Shown in pieces: positions 20,715-30,670 of a DNA stretch of 64,000 nt (the stretch's first letter is position 1; the number at the start of each line of letters is the position of its first letter). Source of the stretch: Chloroflexota bacterium. GTDB lineage: Bacteria; Chloroflexota; UBA11872. The notes beneath the pieces were generated by a model, which was given only the letters and a program-made list of their open reading frames with translations, was not told the DNA's origin and made no database searches. The DNA lies in assembly GCA_965247475.1 (NCBI GenBank), contig OZ252016.1, positions 807,971 to 871,970 on the forward strand. Reading direction: 5' to 3'. Made by a program: the position numbers and the translations under genes.

Positions 20715-21686
20715 TTGGAGCGGCTCCCTTTGAAGATCATCGTCGACCGCCCGCACCCGACGGAGGACTTCATCGATCGGCTGGATCGGGAGTTCCCGGA
20801 CATTGATTTCATACGCGCCTACACCCGGGATGAGAAACGGCGACACATCACCGACGCCGACGTCTTCTATGGATGGCCCGACGCAGAGTTGATTGCCGCT
20901 GCCCACCGGCTCCGCTGGATCCACATCCCCGGGATGGGCGTTGACCAGTTTCTCCGGACGCCCGGCGCATCGGATGTCCAGATCACCGTCACGAACTCGC
21001 CGGGCGCGCACACAAATCCGATTGCCGACCACGTACTCGCGATGATCTTGGCGTTCGCGCATCGACTTCCGGAGATGATCGACGATCGGCGCGCCAGAGC
21101 CTGGGATCCACCGAAGTACAGCTTCCGAATCCTCGAGCTCAACGGCAGTGTTCTGGGCCTGCTCGGGCTGGGCGGAATCGGGCGCGCCGTCGCCGAGCGC
21201 GCGATGAGCTTCGGCATGCAGGTGTACGCGGTCGATCCGAGCCCCATTGAGACGCCGGCGGGCGTGCGCGGCGTCTGGGACATCGACCGTCTGGACGAGC
21301 TTCTGGGCATGGCCGATTGGTTCGTCGTGACCGCCCCGTTGATTCCGGAGACTAGCGGCCTTGTCGATGCCGGCCGGGTGGCTGCCATGAAGAAGGGCGC
21401 GCACCTGATCGTGATCTCGCGCGGCGGCATCGTCGACGAGGCCGCCGTCGCCGAGGCGCTGGCGTCGGGACATCTCGCCGGCGCCGGCCTGGACGCAACC
21501 GGGATCGAGCCGCTTCCGGCCGAGAGTCCGCTCTGGGACCTCGACAACGTTATTCTCTCGCCGCACGTCTCTGGCGATACGCCCGCTCTCGCCAGCGAAC
21601 GAGAGAGAATATTCCTCGCCAATCTCAGGCGCTTCATCGACGGCGAGCCGTTGGCGTATGTCGTCGACTTGCGCCGGGGATACTAG
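20715..21686 (+). CDS. D-2-hydroxyacid dehydrogenase
   Basis: GLGGIG, SRGGIVDE, GAGLD, EPLP, SPHVSG. Confidence 0.92.
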   Translation: MERLPLKIIVDRPHPTEDFIDRLDREFPDIDFIRAYTRDEKRRHITDADVFYGWPDAELIAAAHRLRWIHIPGMGVDQFLRTPGASDVQITVTNSPGAHTNPIADHVLAMILAFAHRLPEMIDDRRARAWDPPKYSFRILELNGSVLGLLGLGGIGRAVAERAMSFGMQVYAVDPSPIETPAGVRGVWDIDRLDELLGMADWFVVTAPLIPETSGLVDAGRVAAMKKGAHLIVISRGGIVDEAAVAEALASGHLAGAGLDATGIEPLPAESPLWDLDNVILSPHVSGDTPALASERERIFLANLRRFIDGEPLAYVVDLRRGY

Positions 21687-21784
21687 ACAGCGCTCGCCCC
21701 GTGACGGCGCCCAGGCTTGCAGCGGGCGAAGTCCCTAGGGGTCTCCCTTACGCTTGCTGCCGCCGACTCACGTAGACTCCCCTC

Positions 21785-22726
21785 GTGGCGCCCAACTATC
21801 GTCATCCCCCACGGGCCAAACGGCCCGTGCGCATGCTCCTTGGTCGTGTCATGGCTGAGGTTCTCTATCGAGTGGCGCTGGTTGGCCTGCTGGTGCCTGC
21901 GCTCATCCCCGCCGCTCTCCTCGATCCCCTCGCCGAGCGCGCGGCGCGCGCCGTCTATCGACTCAACGGCCGCCGTGCGCGCCAGCTCCGGGCGAATCTT
22001 CGGATCGTGCTCGGACCCAACGCCGAGAGCGCCGCGGTCGATGAGGCGGCGCGGGAGGCGTACGCCAGCTACGGTCGGTACATGGCTGAGTACTTCACCA
22101 TGGCGTGGCCGGATTTCTGGCGCCGTCGGTCCAGGCTCGTTGCGGATGACGTCCAACCACTCGAATCGGCGATCTCTCGCGGTCGCGGCGTCGTGTTGTT
22201 CGGCAGTCATGGCGGGAACTGGGATCTCGCCGCCGCCGAGTGTGCGCGCCGCTACGGAGCGTTCCACAGCGCGGGAGAATCCGTTCAGCCAATGTGGCTC
22301 GGAAAGCTGATATCGAGTGTTCGGCGCCGTGGCGGGATGGAGCTGTACGACGAGTCCGTGGCCGGCAGGCCGTTGCTGCGCGCGCTGCGGGATGGCCAGG
22401 TCGTCGGCCTGGTTGCGGATCGCGTCGTCATCGGCAACGGCGTCGAGGTCGAGCTCTGCGGTCTTCGGGCGCAGGTGCCCAGAGGCCCGGTGACGCTCGC
22501 CATCATGACCGGCGCGCCTTTGGTCCCCACCTTGATCCGGCGAGACTCGGGAGGAGACGTGCGTGTTGAGTTCTGGCCGCCCGTCGATCTCTCCGATCTT
22601 GGACGCAGCCCGTCTGATGTCGCGACTGGCGCCCAGCGAATGGCCGATCAGCTGAGCGAACTGATCCGGCTCAGCTATCGAAGCTGGTACGGTTTACAGC
22701 CAATCTGGGCTGAGGCGCGGGTCTAG
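21785..22726 (+). CDS. Lipid acyltransferase (LpxL/PatA-like family)
   Basis: SHGGNWD HxxxxD motif, LVADR, GP..LA...GAPLVP, W..LQPIW. Confidence 0.85.
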   Translation: MAPNYRHPPRAKRPVRMLLGRVMAEVLYRVALVGLLVPALIPAALLDPLAERAARAVYRLNGRRARQLRANLRIVLGPNAESAAVDEAAREAYASYGRYMAEYFTMAWPDFWRRRSRLVADDVQPLESAISRGRGVVLFGSHGGNWDLAAAECARRYGAFHSAGESVQPMWLGKLISSVRRRGGMELYDESVAGRPLLRALRDGQVVGLVADRVVIGNGVEVELCGLRAQVPRGPVTLAIMTGAPLVPTLIRRDSGGDVRVEFWPPVDLSDLGRSPSDVATGAQRMADQLSELIRLSYRSWYGLQPIWAEARV

Positions 22727-22925
22727 GTGCTCGGTCCGGTGGATGCGCGGCGCGGCCAGGATGAAGACCCGGAGATCGGTGCGGCGGCCGGGCTTGGCGG
22801 CGTTGCCACGATTCATGGCTGCTGGTACGCTCGGCAACAAGTTCGGGGCGATTGGGCGGAGTTTGCGAATACATACTCGAGACTACTTCCGATTGTAGTG
22901 CTCGAATAGCATCGAAGCAGATATC

Positions 22926-23813
22926 ATGGACATCAAGGCTAAAGTGACGAATCTGGACGACAATATATCGATGAATGGTTTGCACTTCAATTACTTCGCC
23001 AGGATTCCGGAATACCGTGAGGTCAATCGCAGTCTTATCCGCGAAGTTGTCGGATACCTGCCAAATCCATTCTTCCACGTCGACATCGCAACCGGCACCG
23101 GCCTCGTGCCGCAGATCCTGATGGAGGAGGCGACGGCCAGAGGCTACTCGGGACACATCATCGGCGTGGACAGAAACGACATCGGTCTTGATATCGCGCG
23201 GCGGTCAACCCCCACCGGCACCGATGTGACGGTGGAGTACGTCTTGGGGGACGCACGCGCGCTTCGAGATCTGCTGCGGGACCGCATACCCGCCGAGGGC
23301 GTCGACGGTGTCAGCATTCATGACGCCATCCACGAGATCGACGGCGAGGATGCGCAGCGTCAGGTGTATCGGGATATGGGCTCGATCGCGAAGTGCGGCG
23401 CCGTGTTGTCGTGCAATAGCTCGTTCACCACGAGATCGATGGCGCCTGGTCACTCCCTCCGCGGTCACGGAGAGTGGAAACTGCATTTCACCAAGCTTAC
23501 CGGCGCGAAGCGCAACCGAGACATCCCGACGATGCCGTATCGAACGCCCGAAGATTACAAGCAGATGATTCGGGATGAGGGCTTCGAGGTAATCCACGAT
23601 CAGGAGCGGATTGTACAGCTCTCCAAGACCGCGCTTAAAGCCATATCGATGTATCCCGCGTTCATATCTGGAGTCGGCATGGATTTGAGATTTGATCGGG
23701 ACTACTCGACGCAAGAACTCAGCGATTTCATGTGCGAAGCCGTAGACATGCTCAGGTTTGACTCACTACCACGGATCTGGCACGAAATAATCGGCCGGAA
23801 GCAGCCCGCATAG
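22926..23813 (+). CDS. Class I SAM-dependent methyltransferase
   Basis: VDIATGTG motif I, GVD, GDA, AIHE. Confidence 0.8.
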   Translation: MDIKAKVTNLDDNISMNGLHFNYFARIPEYREVNRSLIREVVGYLPNPFFHVDIATGTGLVPQILMEEATARGYSGHIIGVDRNDIGLDIARRSTPTGTDVTVEYVLGDARALRDLLRDRIPAEGVDGVSIHDAIHEIDGEDAQRQVYRDMGSIAKCGAVLSCNSSFTTRSMAPGHSLRGHGEWKLHFTKLTGAKRNRDIPTMPYRTPEDYKQMIRDEGFEVIHDQERIVQLSKTALKAISMYPAFISGVGMDLRFDRDYSTQELSDFMCEAVDMLRFDSLPRIWHEIIGRKQPA

Positions 23814-23895
23814 CCCACTATCCGCTCGTGTCCTCGGGCCGGACCACCGTTCTGGAACGTGGAGCCCGCGGCGGCCAGCGCCGGACGCTCCCGCG

Positions 23896-25044
23896 ATGAA
23901 GATCACGGACATTCGCACGCTCCTCATGGGCGGGAGCGGCACGCCCGCGCGCCCGGTGCCGCTGAAGTGGACGTTCGTGATCGTCGAGACGGACGAGGGC
24001 ATTCGGGGCGTTGGCGAATCCGGGCTCAGCAACTCTGAGTTTTCGGTCGCTGCGGCGGTGAACCGCTTCAAGTCGTTCATCGTCGGGCAGGACCCCACCA
24101 GGGTCGAGCACCTCTGGCAGCAGATGTTCCGCCATCTGTTCTGGCGGGGTGGACCGGTCGTAACGGCCGCGCTCAGCGCCATCGACCAGGCCCTGTGGGA
24201 CATCGCCGGGAAAGCGATCGGTCTCCCCGTGTACAAGATGCTGGGCGGTCCGGTGCGTGACCGCATTCACGCCTACACGCACGCCGATCAGGAAGGCACC
24301 CCGGCCGAGAATGCGGTTCGTGACCGGGACGCCGGGTTCTTTGGCATCAAGCTCGGCGCTGGTCACCCCGACGGCCCGATCACCGAGGCCGAGATCGTGG
24401 ATCAGATGTTGGACCGCCTTCGGTCCGCGCGCGAGGCCGCCGGACCCGAGATGCGGCTCATGACCGACTTTCACGGACGCCTCACGACGCCGCAGGCGAT
24501 CCGCTTTCTGCGCGAGGCGCGTCCGCTTGACCTGTTCTGGGCCGAGGAGTTGATCCCGCCGGACAATCCGGCCGCCTACGCCGACATTGCCGCCGCCGTG
24601 CCGGACGTGCCGTCCGCGACGGGCGAGCGCCTGTACTTGCGCTGGGGCTTCCGAGATCTGATCGAGCGGCGCGCGGTGGCGTTCATCCAGCCGGACATCG
24701 GGATCGCGGGCGGGATCTCGGAACTGCGCCGGATTGCCTCACACGCGGAGACGCACAACATCCAGTTCGCGCCGCACAACCCGCTGGGCCCGGTGGCGAC
24801 CGCGGCGACGATTCACGTCGCGGCGGCGACGCCCAACTTCGCGGTCCTGGAGCATGCGCGCAGGAGCCCGTATTTCGAACGAGCGCTCGCCAAGCCACTG
24901 ACGCTCGAGGATGGGCACTTCGAGCTCCCGACCGGCCCCGGCCTCGGCATCGAGCTCGACGACGAGTACGTCAAGCGGTTCGCGTATGAAATGAAGCCGA
25001 AGGATGTGTACTGGCATCCGGACGGCTCCGTGGCGGATGTCTGA
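23896..25044 (+). CDS. Mandelate racemase/enolase family acid-sugar dehydratase (DgoD-like)
   Basis: ETDEGIRGVGE, IDQALWDIAGK, DFHGR, ATGER, APHNPLGP. Confidence 0.92.
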   Translation: MKITDIRTLLMGGSGTPARPVPLKWTFVIVETDEGIRGVGESGLSNSEFSVAAAVNRFKSFIVGQDPTRVEHLWQQMFRHLFWRGGPVVTAALSAIDQALWDIAGKAIGLPVYKMLGGPVRDRIHAYTHADQEGTPAENAVRDRDAGFFGIKLGAGHPDGPITEAEIVDQMLDRLRSAREAAGPEMRLMTDFHGRLTTPQAIRFLREARPLDLFWAEELIPPDNPAAYADIAAAVPDVPSATGERLYLRWGFRDLIERRAVAFIQPDIGIAGGISELRRIASHAETHNIQFAPHNPLGPVATAATIHVAAATPNFAVLEHARRSPYFERALAKPLTLEDGHFELPTGPGLGIELDDEYVKRFAYEMKPKDVYWHPDGSVADV

Positions 25045-25113
25045 CGCTCGGGGGTCTGGTCCTGCGGGTTGCTTGGCCGCCGCGCCCATCACGCGAAAGG
25101 GGAGCGACGGGAC

Positions 25114-25962
25114 ATGAGTGATCGTGATATTGGCGCGCTCGCGCGCATCGGCCCGGAGCACGTCGAGCGCGCGTCCCGACTGGTGCGGAGCGGGCGCACC
25201 TACGATCTGGGCGTCGAGCTCGGTATGGACGTTCCCGCGCCGGACCGGCGGACGCTTCCGCCCTTCATGCTCATGTCGTACCGCACACCGGAGGGTTTTG
25301 CGCGCGAGCAGACGTCCGGCGGCACCGGGTCCAGCGAGTACATCGGTGGCGGCATCCATATGTCCTCCCACATGGACGCGCTCATCCACGTGCAGCACGA
25401 CCTCAAGACGTACGGCGGGTATGACGCATCTGACATCCGAACCGATCTCGGCTGGACGCGATACGGCGCCGAGACCATCCCTCCGATCTGCGGTCGCGGC
25501 GTGCTCGTCGACGCCGCCGGGCATCTTGGGGTAGATCGGCTCGAGGACGGATACGAAGTGTCGGTGGCGGAGACCGAGAGCTGCCTTGCGGCTCAGGGCG
25601 TCAAGGTCGGCGCCGGCGACGTGGTGCTCGTGCGGACCGGAAAGATCACCCAATTCGGCCATGACAACCAGGCGTTTCAGTCCAGGTCTCCCGGCATCAG
25701 CCGGGATGCGGCGATCTGGCTGTATGACCAGGGCATGGCGGCGATCGGCGCCGACTGCCTGGCAGTCGAGGCCTACCCGTACCCCGATCCGGAGCACTCG
25801 CTGCACCGCGCCATGATCGTCGATCGTGGCGTGCACCTGATCGAGAATCTCTGGCTCGAGGACCTGGCGCGCGATCGCGTCTACGAATTCTTGTTCGTGT
25901 GTCTCCCGCTGAAGATCGTGGGCGCCACGGGATCGTGGGTGCGGCCGGTCGCGATCGCGTAG
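25114..25962 (+). CDS. Cyclase family (kynurenine formamidase-like) metal hydrolase
   Basis: HMSSHMDALIH, GRGVLVD, GDVVLVRTG, IENL, PLKIVGATGS. Confidence 0.88.
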   Translation: MSDRDIGALARIGPEHVERASRLVRSGRTYDLGVELGMDVPAPDRRTLPPFMLMSYRTPEGFAREQTSGGTGSSEYIGGGIHMSSHMDALIHVQHDLKTYGGYDASDIRTDLGWTRYGAETIPPICGRGVLVDAAGHLGVDRLEDGYEVSVAETESCLAAQGVKVGAGDVVLVRTGKITQFGHDNQAFQSRSPGISRDAAIWLYDQGMAAIGADCLAVEAYPYPDPEHSLHRAMIVDRGVHLIENLWLEDLARDRVYEFLFVCLPLKIVGATGSWVRPVAIA

Positions 25963-25987
25963 ACCGACGCTCGACCAGACTCGCCCT

Positions 25988-27034
25988 TCAGCCGCCCCGC
26001 GCCGTCGCGCGCAGCGAATCGGGCTCGACGCCAACCGTTTCGGCCGCTTCGATGATTCGCTCCCAGGTCGAATCCGGCACTTCGATATCGGTCCCCAGCG
26101 CGGCCTCGCGAGCCTTCCGCTCGTAGTCGCCCGGAACCAGTACTTCCGAGAAGCCCGGCGCTGGCGGTGTAGTGCGGACGCGGGCAAGGTTCTGGCGGAT
26201 TGCGCGCAGAACCAGATCTGAGTCGCCGAACGCCGACGGGTTGATTGCCAGCGCGAACACCCCGTGGTCGAGCTCGAGTTCCGGCTGCGCGGCCGCGACC
26301 AGGTTGCCGCACAGGATCGAGATCATGATTCCGAGCCCCGAGCCCTTGTGTCCGCCGAACGGCTGTAGCACCCCGCCGTCGTAGAGAGCGCTCGGGTCGG
26401 TGGTCGGATGCCCGTCGCGGTCCAGCACCCAACTGTCCGGGATCGGTTCGCCCCGGTCCCGGTATGCACGGACCTTGCCCTCGGCGACGGCGGTCGTGGC
26501 GATGTCGAGCGTGAAGCCGTCGCCCTCGGCTGCCGGCGCCCCAAAGGCCAGTGGGTTCGAGTCCAACCGCGCTTCTTTCCCGCCGAACGGAACCCCCAGG
26601 TCTCCGCGCCCCTCGCTCACGGAAACCAGGCAAAGGACGCCGAGCTGGGCGCCCACATCCACCCATTCGCCGAGACGTCCGATGTGCGTGAAGCGGATGC
26701 CGCCGCCTATCGCGACGTCGTGGTCCAGCGCCTTCTCCGACACCGCGCGGATGAGCGCATCGGCGGAAACGTGGCCGAACGCCTGCCGTCCGTCCACCAG
26801 AACCGTCGTGTCGGTTTCCGCGATCACTCGCGGACGCTCAGCGGGCAGGATCACGCCAGACGCGACAAAGGCGAGGTAGTCGGGAATGCGAATCACACCG
26901 TGCGAGGGGTGTCCGGAGAGGTCTGAGTTGACCAGCCACTTGCCCACATTGGCGGCGATGTCGTCGGGCGCGCCGGCGGCCTGGAGGATCCGGCCGGCGA
27001 CGGCCGTCAGCGCTGTCGGTGTGACTGTCGGCAT
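25988..27034 (-). CDS. Ldh_2 (type 2 malate/L-lactate) oxidoreductase
   Basis: From ATG 27034 (MPTVTP): SHGVIRIP, HIGRLG, NPLAF, DIATT, GGHKGSGL. Confidence 0.9.
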   Translation of the reverse strand: MPTVTPTALTAVAGRILQAAGAPDDIAANVGKWLVNSDLSGHPSHGVIRIPDYLAFVASGVILPAERPRVIAETDTTVLVDGRQAFGHVSADALIRAVSEKALDHDVAIGGGIRFTHIGRLGEWVDVGAQLGVLCLVSVSEGRGDLGVPFGGKEARLDSNPLAFGAPAAEGDGFTLDIATTAVAEGKVRAYRDRGEPIPDSWVLDRDGHPTTDPSALYDGGVLQPFGGHKGSGLGIMISILCGNLVAAAQPELELDHGVFALAINPSAFGDSDLVLRAIRQNLARVRTTPPAPGFSEVLVPGDYERKAREAALGTDIEVPDSTWERIIEAAETVGVEPDSLRATARGG

Positions 27035-27125
27035 CTGTTCGCGCCCTCTTGGCCGCGCCACAAGAGGGCCGCGGAGTTCGATGGTACTTGTCGCGCGCGG
27101 GTCAGATCGACGCGCGGACCGGGTG

Positions 27126-27235
27126 TAGAATGAGGCGACCCGTGCGGAAGGCAGCGGGGTTTTGTTGTGAATGGGCCCAGAGCCCCGAGCTGGCAACGGT
27201 GATGATCGCGAAAGCTCGGGAGGCGCTGAGCCACC
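27126..27235 (+). promoter_or_regulatory. -10 box and structured leader of the rpmG-secE-nusG operon
   Basis: TAGAAT at 27126; hairpin plus U-rich tract at 27138-27168; long hairpin with core CCGAGCT/AGCTCGG at 27172-27232. Confidence 0.45.
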
Positions 27236-27253
27236 ACTGCGGAGAGCGGCAGG

Positions 27254-27418
27254 GTGCCCGGCAGAGGCGATCGGCTCGTCATCACCCTCGAGTGCACTGA
27301 GTGCGGGTCTCGGGGATACGTCACGAGCAAGAATCGACGTAACACGCCCGACAGGCTCGGGTTGACCAAGTACTGCCGAAAGTGCCGCGCCCACCACCTA
27401 CATCGTGAAACTCGTTAG
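27254..27418 (+). CDS. rpmG: 50S ribosomal protein L33 (Zn-binding form)
   Basis: Manual translation [54 protein letters not shown]; GGAG RBS. Confidence 0.95.
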   Translation: MPGRGDRLVITLECTECGSRGYVTSKNRRNTPDRLGLTKYCRKCRAHHLHRETR

Positions 27419-27689
27419 GACCGACAAGTCGAGACAGCCCCCGCACCTGCGTTCGCGGCAGCGCGCAACGCGCGCCTCCGCGCCGGCGCGGAGGCGTGGG
27501 TTGGGCAACACTCGCGCCGGCCGGTTCGTTCACGAGGCCTACGTCGAGCTCCGCAAGGCGCACTGGCCGAACCGGGAGCAGACGATCCGGCTCACCGCGC
27601 TGGTGATTGCGATCAGTTTGCTGATGGCGGTCGTGCTGGGCCTGTCGGACCTCGGGTTTGACCGCCTGTTCGAAGTCATCACGCTGTAG
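27405..27689 (+). CDS. secE: Preprotein translocase subunit SecE (start uncertain)
   Basis: ELRKAHWP motif followed by one TM helix; lies between rpmG and nusG. Confidence 0.9.
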   Translation: MKLVRTDKSRQPPHLRSRQRATRASAPARRRGLGNTRAGRFVHEAYVELRKAHWPNREQTIRLTALVIAISLLMAVVLGLSDLGFDRLFEVITL

Positions 27690-27703
27690 CGAAGGGGATG
27701 CAG

Positions 27704-28327
27704 ATGGCCACCAAAGACGCTGACACCGGATCGGTCGCGACGTCCCCCGTCGAGCAGCCCGAGCGCGAGGTCCCGGCCGACGCCCGCTGGTACGTGATCA
27801 ATACGTACTCCGGCTATGAGGGCAAGGTGAAGGAGAATCTCCTTCACCGAATAACGTCGATGGAGGCCACGGACTCGATATTCGAGGTGATCGTCCCCAC
27901 GGAAGAGATCGAGGAGGTCAAGCACGGGCAGCGCCGCCGCGTGGAGCGCAAGATGTACCCCGGGTACGTGCTCGTGAGCATGCTCTTGACCGACGAGTCC
28001 TGGCTGGTGGTGCGCAATACCCCCGGCGTGGTGAACTTTGTGGGATCGGGCAACCGGCCCACCCCGTTGCCGCCCGCCGAGGCGGAGGTCATCTTCAAGC
28101 AGATGGAGGGCGATGCGCCTCGGCCCGAAGTGCGCATCAAGATCGGCGAGCGGGTCAAGATCGTCGATGGACCGTTCACCGACTTCTTCGGCTCGGTTGA
28201 CGAAGTCATGGAGGAGAAAGAGCGGCTGCGCGTGCTCGTGTCGTTCTTTGGCCGCGAAACCCCCGTCGAGCTCGACTTCCTGCAAGTCGAGAAGCAAAGC
28301 GGCGGGCCGATCACACCGATCGGCTGA
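27704..28327 (+). CDS. nusG: Transcription termination/antitermination factor NusG
   Basis: WYVINTYSGYE, PGYVLV, VRNTPGV, KOW motif DGPF.DF.G, FGRETPVEL. Confidence 0.98.
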   Translation: MATKDADTGSVATSPVEQPEREVPADARWYVINTYSGYEGKVKENLLHRITSMEATDSIFEVIVPTEEIEEVKHGQRRRVERKMYPGYVLVSMLLTDESWLVVRNTPGVVNFVGSGNRPTPLPPAEAEVIFKQMEGDAPRPEVRIKIGERVKIVDGPFTDFFGSVDEVMEEKERLRVLVSFFGRETPVELDFLQVEKQSGGPITPIG

Positions 28328-28351
28328 TCGGGCGACGGGAAGCGCAGACCA

Positions 28352-28777
28352 GTGGCCCGAACAGTCCGCTCACGGATCAAGCTCCAATTGCCCGCCGGGC
28401 AGGCGACGCCCGCCCCGCCGGTGGGGCCGGCGCTCGGCTCGCACGGCGTCAACATCGTTGAGTTCACCAAGCAGTACAACGAGCGCACGCGCGACCAGCT
28501 CGGGTCGATCGTCCCGGTCGAGATCGTCGTGTACGAGGACCGCTCGTTCACCTTCATCACGAAGACACCGCCGGTATCCGATCTCTTGCGGAAGGCCGCC
28601 GGCGTCGAGAAGGGCGCCGCCAACCCCAAGTTCGAGCCCGTCGGGACGATCACGGAGAAGCAGCTGCGCGAGATCGCCGAGCTCAAGCTGCCTGACCTGA
28701 ACGCGAATGATCTGAACGCCGCGACACTGGTCGTGGCGGGAACCGCCCGCAGCATGGGCATCTTGGTGGAGGACTAG
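28352..28777 (+). CDS. rplK: 50S ribosomal protein L11
   Basis: [22 protein letters not shown]. Confidence 0.98.
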   Translation: MARTVRSRIKLQLPAGQATPAPPVGPALGSHGVNIVEFTKQYNERTRDQLGSIVPVEIVVYEDRSFTFITKTPPVSDLLRKAAGVEKGAANPKFEPVGTITEKQLREIAELKLPDLNANDLNAATLVVAGTARSMGILVED

Positions 28778-28781
28778 TCGA

Positions 28782-29498
28782 ATGCCGCGCCACGGCAAGC
28801 GTTATCGAGCCGCCGCCGAGTTGGTCGATTCCCACACGCGCTACGGGCTCGGCGACGCCGTCCGGGTGCTGCTGGCGGCGCCCAAGACGAACTTCGACGA
28901 GACGGTCGAGTTGCACGCCGGTTTGGGAGTCGATCCCACGCACCAAGAGCAGCAGGTGCGCGGCACGGTCACGCTTCCGCATGGAACCGGCAAGGACCTT
29001 CGGGTCATTGCCTTTGCCAGCGGCGACGCCGCCCAGCAGGCCCGCGATGCGGGCGCCGCCGAGGTCGGAACCGAGGATCTGGCCAAGCGGATTCAAGCAG
29101 GCTGGCTGGACTTCGACGCCGCCGTGGCGACGCCCGACAACATGCGTGTGATCGGTCCGCTCGGCCGGATCTTGGGTCCGCGCGGTCTCATGCCCAACGC
29201 GCGCGCCGGCACGGTCACGAACGACATCGGGCGGGCCGTGAACGAACTGAAGGCGGGCCGCGTGGAATTCCGGCTGGACCGCCTGGCGAACGTCCACGTG
29301 GCCGTTGGCAAAGTGTCCATGGGCGAAGAGAGCCTGCGGTCGAATCTTGCATCGGTCATCGACGCGCTGATGCGCGCCCGGCCGAGCGCGACCAAGGGCA
29401 CCTACCTGCAGGGCCTGGCCATCGCGAGCGCCATGGGTCCCGGCATCCCGCTGGATGTCGTGCGCGCGCCGCAGGAAGCGGCCGAGCTGGCCAAGTAG
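28782..29498 (+). CDS. rplA: 50S ribosomal protein L1
   Basis: FDETVE, VRGTVTLPHGTGK, LGPRGLMPN, MGPGI. Confidence 0.98.
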   Translation: MPRHGKRYRAAAELVDSHTRYGLGDAVRVLLAAPKTNFDETVELHAGLGVDPTHQEQQVRGTVTLPHGTGKDLRVIAFASGDAAQQARDAGAAEVGTEDLAKRIQAGWLDFDAAVATPDNMRVIGPLGRILGPRGLMPNARAGTVTNDIGRAVNELKAGRVEFRLDRLANVHVAVGKVSMGEESLRSNLASVIDALMRARPSATKGTYLQGLAIASAMGPGIPLDVVRAPQEAAELAK

Positions 29499-29529
29499 AA
29501 TGGCGTGACCCAGAGGATCGAACAACAAC

Positions 29530-29660
29530 TGAATACGGCCGAAGACGGCGGGCCATTTCGATAATTTCCTTTCGGGAAAGCCTGTCCAGGTGCGCATGAT
29601 TCACCCGGGTGGTCGCGGGGCGCGCCGCTCGGGTTTCTGTTTGTCAGGCGTTGATTCGCC
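29530..29660 (+). ncRNA. L10 ribosomal protein leader (autoregulatory)
   Basis: CCGAAGAC.GC.GG...TAA...CCTG.C.AGG pattern upstream of rplJ, followed by a GC hairpin and TTTCTGTTT. Confidence 0.75.
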
Positions 29661-29674
29661 GAATGGAGCAAGCG

Positions 29675-30205
29675 TTGGCGACGAAAGAGGAGAAGATCGC
29701 GGCGGCGGCGGCGCTCACCGAGCGCCTCGAATCCGCGCCCATGAGCATCGTCGCGGGCTACTCGCGCCTGAGCGTCGGTGACATGCAGCAGCTGCGGCGG
29801 CGCATGCGAGAGGCGGACGCCACGTTTCGCGTGATCAAGAATTCGATTGCGCGGCGGGCCGTGGTGGGCGCCGGATTCGGCGATATCGAGCCGCAGTTCT
29901 TCGGCCAGACGGCGATCGCGTTCAGCGGCGAGGACTATTTCGGGGCCGCGCGCGCGCTGCGCGAGTTCGGATCGAGGTTCCCGGACCTGCAGATTCGCGG
30001 TGCGATCGTGGAAGGCACCGTCGTCGATGCCGCCCAGGTTCACAGGCTCGCGAGCCTGCTGAGCGTCGATCAATTGCGAGCCGAGTTCGTCGGTGCGCTC
30101 GAAGCTCCGATCTCCGGGCTCGTCTACAGCCTTGAAAGTATCGTTTCGGGACTCGTGTATGCCCTGCAGGGGCGAGTCGATCAGATGCAAGAAGCCGTCG
30201 GATAA
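29675..30205 (+). CDS. rplJ: 50S ribosomal protein L10
   Basis: TTG start after GGAG; Y..LSV..MQQLRR, VIKNS, F.GQTAIAFS; synteny. Confidence 0.95.
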   Translation: MATKEEKIAAAAALTERLESAPMSIVAGYSRLSVGDMQQLRRRMREADATFRVIKNSIARRAVVGAGFGDIEPQFFGQTAIAFSGEDYFGAARALREFGSRFPDLQIRGAIVEGTVVDAAQVHRLASLLSVDQLRAEFVGALEAPISGLVYSLESIVSGLVYALQGRVDQMQEAVG

Positions 30206-30217
30206 GGAGGGCGAACC

Positions 30218-30604
30218 GTGGCGGAGAAGCTGGCGCAGAGTGACATTCTCGAGGCGATCGATTCGATGTCGGTGCTTGAGCTCGCCGAGCTCGTCGAGGC
30301 ACTGAAGGAGAAATACAACGTCAGCGCCGCGCCTGTCGCGGTTATGGCGGCGGCCGGCGACGGGGCGGCCGGCGACAACGGTGCCGCGGAGCAGACCGAG
30401 TTCGCGGTGCATCTCACCACCGTCGGGCAGCAGCGGATTCAAGTCATCAAGGCGGTTCGTGAGATCACGGGTCTCGGGCTCAAGGAAGCCAAGGGCGTGG
30501 TCGATGCGGCGCCGGGGCCGATCCGCGAAGGCGTGTCACGGGAAGAAGGCGAGAAGGTGATCGCCAGGCTCGGCGACGTCGGCGCGGAAGCCGAGCTCAG
30601 GTAG
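30218..30604 (+). CDS. rplL: 50S ribosomal protein L7/L12
   Basis: MSVLELAELV, VIKAVREITGLGLKEAK. Confidence 0.98.
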   Translation: MAEKLAQSDILEAIDSMSVLELAELVEALKEKYNVSAAPVAVMAAAGDGAAGDNGAAEQTEFAVHLTTVGQQRIQVIKAVREITGLGLKEAKGVVDAAPGPIREGVSREEGEKVIARLGDVGAEAELR

Positions 30605-30670
30605 TCGCGGCCGCATCCGGCAGCCGCGCCGTAGCGCTCAAGCCGCCCGGCGCGTTTCTAGAATGGCGTC

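Noticed and set aside
22727-22909. 60-aa ORF between the acyltransferase and the methyltransferase
   Set aside because: No RBS or recognisable motif; cannot be supported.
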